Origin: an uncultured Actinomycetota bacterium
Lineage (GTDB): Bacteria; Actinomycetota; Thermoleophilia; Gaiellales; Gaiellaceae
Reading direction: 5' to 3'
DNA length: 64,000 nt
NCBI GenBank assembly: GCA_963801905.1
Contig: CAWDGP010000014.1
Location: 16,215 to 80,214 of the forward strand
The notes under the pieces: model-generated
Database searches by the model: none
Told to the model about the DNA's origin: nothing
What the model saw: only the letters and a program-made list of their open reading frames with translations
Position numbers and translations under genes: made by a program
Part shown: in pieces, positions 57,360 to 64,000 of the stretch
How the letters are laid out: every line of letters starts with the position of its first letter
Position numbering within the stretch: position 1 is the stretch's first letter

Positions 57360-58197
57360 GACGCAAGCCTACGAGTCCGGAGCCGTATCCCGCCAGGAGG
57401 TACACGCTCGCGATCCCGGCCCACTCGCCGTAGGGCTCGAGGAGGGCATCGGTCTCCTCAGCCTCGACGCGCCGTCCCCAGAGCTCTGACGCGAGCTTGA
57501 CCAGGCCGAGGTCGCGCGCCAGGCCTCGCTCGTAGCGGCCGAGGCCCTGCAGGCAGATCACGCCGGCCGACCAGGGGCCGAGGCCGCGCTCGCGCTCGAG
57601 CCGCGCCGCGGCGACCTCGGTCGGGACCCCCTTCAACAGCTCGAGGTCGGTACCGCGGCAGAGCCGGACGAGCGTCGCGCCGCGCCGGGCTCCGAGCCCG
57701 AAGCGGCAGAGCTCGGCGGGTGCGTACCGCGCGAGGTCGGCGGAGGTCGGCGCGCCGTGGAGCTCGCCGAGCTGCCGGGTCGAGGCCCGGACGACGCGCC
57801 GCTCGATCGCCCGAGCCTCGCGCGAGGTGATCAGCTGGCCCGCCACCGCCCGCAGCAGCGCGTGGGCGACCGTGGCCGTCCGCAGCGGGCGCATCCCGCG
57901 CAGGTGACGGGTCGCACGCCCCACCAGCGGATCGTCGGCGAACCGGCGCAGGAACTCGGAGTGGTCGTCGTCGACCGCGAGGACGAATCGCATCCGTGAC
58001 AGACCCTCCTCGCTCGCGGCCTGGACGCATACCGCGCCGTCGGGCCGCTGCCACGCCCGCGCCTGCTCGAGGCCGCCGGCGCAGGGGATGGTCGCCGTGA
58101 GCACTCCGTCGCGAACCGAGCGGGTGGCGTCGCTCCCGTGCCGGGCCGAGAGCCTGAGCGAGTAGGGCCCTGCGGGCCTGACGACGTCCTCGACCAC
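57298..58197 (-). CDS. DNA-3-methyladenine glycosylase II (AlkA-like, HhH-GPD)
   Basis: GLGPWSAGVICLQGLG..ARDLGL. The last ~20 codons overlap proC by 61 nt and look unnatural, so the 3' end is uncertain. Confidence 0.8.
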   Translation of the reverse strand: MVEDVVRPAGPYSLRLSARHGSDATRSVRDGVLTATIPCAGGLEQARAWQRPDGAVCVQAASEEGLSRMRFVLAVDDDHSEFLRRFADDPLVGRATRHLRGMRPLRTATVAHALLRAVAGQLITSREARAIERRVVRASTRQLGELHGAPTSADLARYAPAELCRFGLGARRGATLVRLCRGTDLELLKGVPTEVAAARLERERGLGPWSAGVICLQGLGRYERGLARDLGLVKLASELWGRRVEAEETDALLEPYGEWAGIASVYLLAGYGSGLVGLRHENRDPRNRQDRRVAPRRAA

Positions 58198-58259
58198 GGG
58201 CCGCGACTCTAGCCGCCGGAGCGGCGTGCTCTCGTGGAGCGCGCAGGGCGGGTGCTGTG

Positions 58260-59582
58260 TCAGACGCCGCTGGCCGACCCGGCCTGCAGGTTCGATGCGA
58301 CCTCGGCGGCCCGTTCGAAGACGTCGAGCGCCTCGCGCTCGCGCCCGGAGTCCCGCAGGAAGCGGCCGTACGACCGCAAGGCGGCGGCGTGCTGGCGTAC
58401 GGTGCCGTGGTCGGCAAGAAGCTGGAGCGCCTCGCGGAATGCCTCGTCTGCGCCGTCCGCGTCCCCGCTCCCGGCGCGGGCCTCGGCGACGACGAGCCAG
58501 GCGGCGCCGCGCTCGTTCGGCAGGTCCTCGGCCAGTTGCAGAGCGGCCGAGGCGAGGTGCTCGGCCCCGATCCAGTCACCCGAGACCGCTGCGCACATCG
58601 CCTGCAGCCGCCGGATCGTCGCGAGGTCCTCGGCCGCCGGCGCGGGGCCGAGCAGCCGTTCGGCCTCGTCGAGGTGGTGAAGCGCCCCACCGAGGTCGTC
58701 GTCGGCGCTGATCGTCGCGTCGGCGCATGCCACGTGTGCCCGCGCCAGATGCACGGTGTCCTCGGTCGCTTCGAGGAGCGCGACCGCCCGGCGGAAGCTG
58801 TCCAGCGCCGCGAGCGGCTTCGCCTGCTCGAGCGACAGCCGTCCGAGCGACCAGTACAGCCGCACGCGGGTGTACCGGTCGGCGCCGTCACCCCCGCCCG
58901 CGAAGAGCTCGCCGACCACGGCCTTCGCCCGCTGGAGCTCCCCGAGGTCGGTGAGCGCGTAGCTCAGGTAGGTGCTGTAGCGGACGCGGGCGTGCATGTT
59001 CTCGGGCTCCACCCGGGCGACCTCGTCGAGCGCCCGCTCGAACAGCGTCACCGCCTCGCGCGGCGAGCCCGCCGCTGCGTACGCGCGGCCGAGTGTCGAG
59101 AAGACGTCGGGTCGTGACGGGGCCGTGACGAGCTCGGAGCCGACGACCTCCGAGAGCTCGGCGATCGTCCCCGCGTGATCGCCCCGCGCTGCGGCCTCGA
59201 GCCCGAGGACGATCCGGGCGCGGGTCGCCGCCGCGACGTCGGCGGCCGCTTCGGCGTCGGCCAGAAGCTCGCTCACCGCCTCGGCATCGGCCTCCCCGTC
59301 GAGCCTCAGCCGGAGCTCCTGCTCGGCGAGGCGCAGCTCGCGGAGCTCCGAGGCGTCGAGCTCCGACCCTGTCTCCAGATACTCGGGCGTGACGCCGAGC
59401 TTGCTCGCGAGCATCCGAAGCGCCTTCATCGACGGCGTCCGTGCTCCGGCCTCGATTCGCGAGATGTAGGCGTACGTGACCCCCGGCGCCGACAGGTCCC
59501 GCTGGGACGCCCCGCGCTCGAGCCGGAGGCGGCGCAGCCGTCCTCCGATCGTCTCCCCGCTCGGCTCCGACCCGCCCGCCAT
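58260..59582 (-). CDS. XRE-family HTH + TPR-repeat regulator (RRNPP-like architecture)
   Basis: IGGRLRRLRLERGASQRDLSAPGVTYAYISRIEAGARTPS (HTH_XRE), followed by ~350 aa of TPR-like repeats. 440 aa, intact. Confidence 0.85.
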   Translation of the reverse strand: MAGGSEPSGETIGGRLRRLRLERGASQRDLSAPGVTYAYISRIEAGARTPSMKALRMLASKLGVTPEYLETGSELDASELRELRLAEQELRLRLDGEADAEAVSELLADAEAAADVAAATRARIVLGLEAAARGDHAGTIAELSEVVGSELVTAPSRPDVFSTLGRAYAAAGSPREAVTLFERALDEVARVEPENMHARVRYSTYLSYALTDLGELQRAKAVVGELFAGGGDGADRYTRVRLYWSLGRLSLEQAKPLAALDSFRRAVALLEATEDTVHLARAHVACADATISADDDLGGALHHLDEAERLLGPAPAAEDLATIRRLQAMCAAVSGDWIGAEHLASAALQLAEDLPNERGAAWLVVAEARAGSGDADGADEAFREALQLLADHGTVRQHAAALRSYGRFLRDSGREREALDVFERAAEVASNLQAGSASGV

Positions 59583-59643
59583 CCGTGGATCTTGCCCGCC
59601 TTGTTCGCCAACGTCAATCAGTCCATGTCTTCAGGTGACAGGA

Positions 59644-59661
59644 TTGACAACAAAAGAATTC
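59644..59661 (+). promoter_or_regulatory. TTGACA hexamer followed by the perfect 8-bp palindrome AGAATTCT in the regulator/peptide divergent region
   Basis: TTGACA at 59644-59649 and AGAATTCT at 59654-59661, in a locally AT-rich patch. No convincing -10 found on the + strand. Confidence 0.35.
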
Positions 59662-59717
59662 TCGTGTCTTCTCCCGGGGTGGGCTCTTGCTCTCGTCGAG
59701 GAAGGAGGTGCTTCCGA

Positions 59718-59813
59718 ATGAGACTCGTCTCTCCCCGCATCCAGCTTGCGGTGGTGGCGGTCGGCGCCGTGATCGCCGCCGCGCTGCTCGGCGGTTGCCC
59801 CTGGGGCCCGTAG
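59718..59813 (+). CDS. Candidate 31-aa mini-lipoprotein / pheromone-precursor-like ORF MRLVSPRIQLAVVAVGAVIAAALLGGCPWGP
   Basis: GGAAGGAGG RBS 9 nt upstream of the ATG. Lipoprotein-type signal peptide (lipobox LLGGC) with only 5 residues after cleavage. A 12-bp hairpin follows immediately downstream. Confidence 0.45.
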   Translation: MRLVSPRIQLAVVAVGAVIAAALLGGCPWGP

Positions 59814-59828
59814 CCCCGGCCGGCGTAC

Positions 59829-59858
59829 GCGGGCGGAGGCAGCCGCGCCTCCGCCCGC
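59829..59858 (+). terminator. Strong hairpin GCGGGCGGAGGC-N6-GCCTCCGCCCGC after the 31-aa ORF (terminator/attenuator)
   Basis: Perfect 12-bp GC stem, read directly. Weak U-tract (GCCGTTAGTCT). Confidence 0.55.
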
Positions 59859-59875
59859 GCCGTTAGTCTCGATCG

Positions 59876-60487
59876 ATGCTGAACGGCGCCGCGGCTCGCG
59901 TCTCCCTGCGGAGCCGGGAGCGGAAGCTCCGCCTCTTCATCGACCTCTTCCAGCCCGGCCCGGAGACGACGGTCGTCGACCTCGGCGTCACCGACGCGCC
60001 CTTCGGTGCGGGGTCGAGTGACAACTTCTTCGAGGCGCTCTACCCGTGGCCGGGGCAGATCACCGCCGTCGGCCCCACCGAGCTCGACCGCTTCTCCGCG
60101 GCGTTCCCGCGAGTGACGACGGTCCGCGCCGACGGCCGCGAGCTTCCGTTCGTCGACGGCCAGTTCGACCTCGGCTTCTCGAACGCGGTCGTCGAGCACG
60201 TCGCGGGCGGCCGGGACGGCCAGCGCCGCTTCGTCGCGGAGCTCTGCCGGGTCGCGGAGCGCGTCTTCGTCACGACCCCGAACCGGCTGTTCCCGATCGA
60301 CCCGCACTCGCTGCTGCCGTTCGTCCACTGGCTTCCCGACGGAGACCTGCGCCGCCGCGCCCTCCGCGCCCGCGGCTTCGACGACGTCCTCGAACCGCTC
60401 GGGCCGCGCGAGCTCGCTTCGCTCTTCCCGTACCCGGTTCGGATCGTCGGCCGGGGGATGACCCTCGTCGCGGCCGGCCCTGCATGA
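59876..60487 (+). CDS. Class I SAM-dependent methyltransferase (Methyltransf_11-like)
   Basis: VVDLGVTDAP.., PFVDGQFDLGFSNAVVEHV. 203 aa. Confidence 0.8.
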   Translation: MLNGAAARVSLRSRERKLRLFIDLFQPGPETTVVDLGVTDAPFGAGSSDNFFEALYPWPGQITAVGPTELDRFSAAFPRVTTVRADGRELPFVDGQFDLGFSNAVVEHVAGGRDGQRRFVAELCRVAERVFVTTPNRLFPIDPHSLLPFVHWLPDGDLRRRALRARGFDDVLEPLGPRELASLFPYPVRIVGRGMTLVAAGPA

Positions 60488-61850
60488 AGCGCTCTCCTGT
60501 CTGGATTCTCCACGTGTTCATCGTGGGGCTCGCGCTCCACAACCTCGTCGCGGCGGAGCTCTACGGCGCCGGCGTCCGCGGCACGGCGCTCGACGTCGTC
60601 TCCGCGTGGAAGGAGGTGCTGCTGGCGGTCGGGCTCGTGCTCGTCTACCGCCACGGCCTCGGGTTCCGCCCGGCACTCGTCGACTGGCTCGCGCTGGCCT
60701 TCGCCGCCGTCGTCATCGTCTACGCGCTGATCCCGCAGCACGTCCTCGGCGGCGGAGCGACCCATCACGGCGTCCTCCTCGGCGTTCGCCACGACGCTGC
60801 TCCCGGTCGCGGCGTACTTCTTCGGGCGCGGGCTCGATCTCAGCGTGCGCGACGTGCGCCGTCTGGGAGCGACGCTCCTCGCGTCGGCTTCGGCGGTCGC
60901 CGCCTTCGGCCTGGTCGACATCTATACGATCCCGCTCTCCTGGTGGCGCAGCTCGGGCGCACCGGGCTGGTTCTCGAATCAGCTCGGGTTCGGCTACACC
61001 GGCCTCTCCGGGCTCCCGGAGAACTTCGTCTACAACACGGGGAACGAGCATCCGCTGCGGCGCCTCGTCTCGACGTTCCTCTCACCGCTCGCGACGTCGT
61101 ACATGCTCGTGACCGCGCTCCTGCTCTGCGCAGCGTGGCTCCTGCGTGCCCACGCCCGCCTCGCCGCGTGGATCCCGGTGACGGCGCTCCTCTTCGCCGG
61201 TCTCCTCTGGACGCACTCCCGCTCCTCGTACATCGCGCTGGCCCTCGGCCTCGTCGTGTACGCGGCGCTCCGGCCGCAGTGGCGCTGGGGCCTCCTCGGG
61301 AGTGCTGCGGCGGTGGTCGTCGTCGGGCTCGTCTTCGTGAAGGCCTACCCGCACATCGCCCCGGTGACGAGCTTCACGCCCAAGGAGCTCATCCAGCAGC
61401 GGCAGCACGCGCACTCGCAGGCCGGCGGGCCGGCCGTGAGCGCGGGCGGCTTCGAGGATGCGAGCACCTCGAGTCATCTCCGGAGCCTGCGCGACGGTAT
61501 CGAGACCGTGCTCCGCCACCCGCAGGGGTACGGGCCCGGCAACGCCGGCTCGACCGCCGCCCGCACCGGGGTGCAGATCAAGGCAGGCGAGTCCACGTAC
61601 ACCGAGCTCGGCGTCGACGCCGGCCTCGTCGGCGGTCTTCTCTTCGTCGCCTGGTCGCTCGCCGTCCTCTGGCGGCCTCGTTCGCTGCCGTGACGCCTGG
61701 CTCGCCGCGGTTCTGGTGGCGATGCTCGCGCTCGCCCTGCAGACGGACATCATCGGCGTCCCCTGGGTGGTGTACGTGATCTGGCCACTGGCCGGCTGGC
61801 GTATGTCCCACCCCGACACTTGGCCGAAAGAGCGTCTTGCGCCGCCGTGA
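60484..61850 (+). pseudogene. O-antigen ligase/polymerase (Wzy_C)-like membrane protein, two frame breaks (~60765-60795 and ~61668-61676)
   Basis: Three frame segments join into one multi-TM protein. Segment 1: MKRSPVWILHVFIVGLALHNL... Segment 2: ..ATTLLPVAAYFFGRGLDLSVRDVRRLG..LLWTHSRSSYIALALG... Segment 3: ..DAWLAAVLVAMLALALQTDIIGVPWVVYVIWPLAGW... ATGA overlap with the methyltransferase. Confidence 0.75.
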
Positions 61851-61853
61851 TTC

Positions 61854-62345
61854 GTGCCTACGCTGGACCGGGTGCGGATCACGCTCCTGGACGTCGCCGT
61901 CGCCATCCTCGTGCTCGGCCTCGTCGCCCTCTCGGTCGTTCACTCGAGCGGCTCCGAGGCGCCGGCCGTGCTCGCCAGCCCGACGCTGACTCCGGGCTCG
62001 CTGAACCCCGACGTCACCCAGGCGACGATCGGATCGACGATCTGCGTGCGCGGCTGGACGGCGACCGTCCGCCCGCCGACCGAGTACACGAACGCGCTCA
62101 AGCTCGAGCAGATGCCGGAGTACGGTGAGACGGGCGCGCCGTCGGGCTTCCAGGAGGACCACCTGATCAGCCTCGAGCTCGGCGGGAGCCCGACCGACCC
62201 GTCCAACCTCTGGCCCGAGCCCTACCCGCGGGCAGCCGACGTCGACAAGATCGAGAACGAGCTGAACGACAAGGTCTGCTCGGGCGAGCTCGCCCTGGCC
62301 GAGGCGCAGCGGCAGGAGTCCGCGTTGAAGCACGAGCACGGGTGA
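61854..62345 (+). CDS. Membrane-anchored HNH/His-Me-finger nuclease-like protein
   Basis: N-terminal TM helix. ICVRGWTATVRPP, FQEDHLISLELGGSPTDPSNLWPE, KIENELNDKVC. Confidence 0.7.
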   Translation: MPTLDRVRITLLDVAVAILVLGLVALSVVHSSGSEAPAVLASPTLTPGSLNPDVTQATIGSTICVRGWTATVRPPTEYTNALKLEQMPEYGETGAPSGFQEDHLISLELGGSPTDPSNLWPEPYPRAADVDKIENELNDKVCSGELALAEAQRQESALKHEHG

Positions 62346-64000
62346 GGCCGGTACGGTTGGCGGACGCGCGCGTGGCTTCCCCTCGTCGCGGCCCTGGCCG
62401 CACTCGTCCTCCCCGTTGCCGCCGGCGCGGGTCTCGTCGTGGGCGTCAACGACGACGCCGCGAAGGACTCCGGCGTGGTCGGCTGGTTCTACCCCACGAT
62501 GGGCGCCGAGGGCCTCCAGGCGAGCACGCTCACGCTGCGCTGGGACGAGGCCTCGCCGACCGCGATCCCGGACGAGGACGCGGTCACTCGCGCGATCGCC
62601 GCCGCGGCGGCGAACGGCCAGTCGGTCGAGCTCGACCTGTATCCGCTTCACTCGATGGCCTTCACCGGCGGCGCGAAGTGCACGCCGTCGACCGACCCGA
62701 ACGGCTGCGGCTCGACGCCCCAGATCCAGGCGTACGCCTCGTGGGTGGGCCAGGTCGCCCGCGCGTTTCCGACGGTCCACCAGTTCGTGGTGATGAACGA
62801 GTGCAACCAGCCGCTCTTCGTCAACCCGCAGTTCGACACGTCTGGCGCGAACCAGTCGGCGGCGATCTGCGGCCGGGCGCTGGCCGCCGGCTACGACGCG
62901 CTCAAGGCGGTCAGCACCCGGAACTTCGTCTGGGGCGTCGGCCTCTCGCCGCGCGGAAACGACCTCCCGAATGCTGCGAGCAACGTCTCCACCTCGCCCG
63001 TCAAGTTCCTCCAGGCGCTCGGCGCATGGTTCAAGGCCTCGGGACGTTCGAAGCCGATCATGGACGGGCTCGACTTCCACCCGTACCCGATCCCCCAGTC
63101 CCTCCCGTTCGCAAGCGGATATCCGCAGGTGGTCGACGCCAGCGTCTCGAACCTTCCGCGTATCTACCAGGCCTTCTACGACGGGTTCAACGGCTCCGCG
63201 CAGCCGACGATCGGCCAGCAGGCGGGCGGCGGCCTGCCGCTCTCCCTCAACGAGGTGGGGATCCAGACCGACTCGACCGGGAAGCCCGGCTACGTCGGCA
63301 CCGAGACCGCGGCGAACGCGGCCGGCGGCGTGCTCGGCGCGACCGCGACGGAGGCCTACCAGGCCTCGTGGTACCTCCAGATGCTCCAGCTCGTGGCGTG
63401 CGACCCGAACGTGAAGCTCGTCAACATCTACCACCTGATCGACGAGGCATCGCTCGCGGGCTGGCAGAGCGGCCTCTACTACGTCGACCGGACTGCGAAG
63501 CAGAGCGCCGCCGCGGTTCACGACTGGATCGCCTCCACCGGCGGGGTGTGCGTCGGGGCCGTGCGCCCGTGGACGCCCCCCGGCGTCCCTGCGAAGCCGA
63601 CAACGCCGGCCCCGGCGACGCCGCCATCCGCCGGCCGAACCGTCGTCACGTCGGGCGGGCGTGTTCGTGTCTTCGATGCCGTGACGCACGTGCTTCGTCG
63701 CGTGATCGCGCCGTTCGGCTCGGCCTTCACGGGTGCGATGCCGATCGCGGTCGGAGACGTCAACCGCGACGGCGTCGCCGATTACGCGGCCGCGCGGAAG
63801 CGGTGCGGTGAAGATCCTCAACGGCAAGTCGGGCGGCGTACTCGCGACGTACTCGGTCGCGGCGGTGTCCGTCGCGCTCGCCGACGTGAACGGCGACAGG
63901 CGGGCGGATCTCGTCGTCGGGACGAAGAGCCAGGTGAAGGTCTTCGACGCGAAGACGCACGCGCTGCTCGAGACGCTGTCGCCCTTCGCGGCGTACTCCG
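62342..64000 (+). pseudogene. Secreted clan GH-A-like glycoside hydrolase with C-terminal FG-GAP/VCBS repeats (partial at the window end; frame breaks ~62365-62375 and ~63790-63797)
   Basis: GTG 62342 overlaps the upstream stop (GTGA) and gives VRPVRLADAR. Signal peptide WLPLVAALAALVLPVAAGA is in the next frame. Then VVMNECNQP and LSLNEVGIQTD (NE..E pattern). The tail has VGDVNRDGVADYAAA / GSGAVKILNGKSGG..LADVNGDRRADLVVG. Not in the ORF track because it runs off the window. Confidence 0.7.

Overview
High-GC (about 70%) Actinomycetota-type chromosomal segment. It is densely coding (about 65 genes), with many 1-4 nt start/stop overlaps. I found no rRNA, tRNA, CRISPR array, transposase or integrase.

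Left third:
- Partial acnA and an HtrA-like protease.
- A thiol-stress module: AhpD-like gene, Cys-rich small protein plus HMA-like protein, and a SigH/SigR-type ECF sigma with a consensus GGAAT-N18-GTT promoter and a ZAS anti-sigma.
- An MBOAT+SGNH acylation pair.
- A xanthine-dehydrogenase-family molybdoenzyme operon with an amidohydrolase and MocA.
- M24 and M16 peptidases, GH76, a Mug-Nudix fusion, nadE, and an MFS pump with its TetR regulator.

Middle (27.7-45.9 kb): a carbohydrate catabolic supercluster that appears to form a single LacI regulon, because near-identical TGGGAACG-TTCC palindromes sit in front of two of its units. It contains:
- A CUT2-type ABC transporter, an SDR, a DUF4432 protein and an E2-E1alpha-E1beta module.
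- A convergent operon: LacI, enolase-superfamily enzyme, acetoacetate-decarboxylase-family protein, D-2-hydroxyacid dehydrogenase, SDR and epimerase.
- An APH-fold kinase plus a divergent enolase.

Right third:
- Two paralogous XRE-HTH+TPR regulators, each next to a tiny ORF that looks like a signal peptide (37 aa downstream of one, 31 aa divergent from the other). This is the RRNPP receptor/propeptide layout and is my top candidate for an undescribed system.
- ctaA, PAC2, dipZ, an SF2 helicase, pgl, proC and alkA-like genes.
- A cell-envelope polysaccharide cluster: methyltransferase, Wzy-like protein, HNH-like protein and a GH plus FG-GAP protein.

Caveat: at least 12 single-base frame disruptions hit 8 otherwise well-conserved genes. 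That pattern looks more like assembly indel error than real pseudogenisation. All calls come from reading motifs by eye; no database search was possible.
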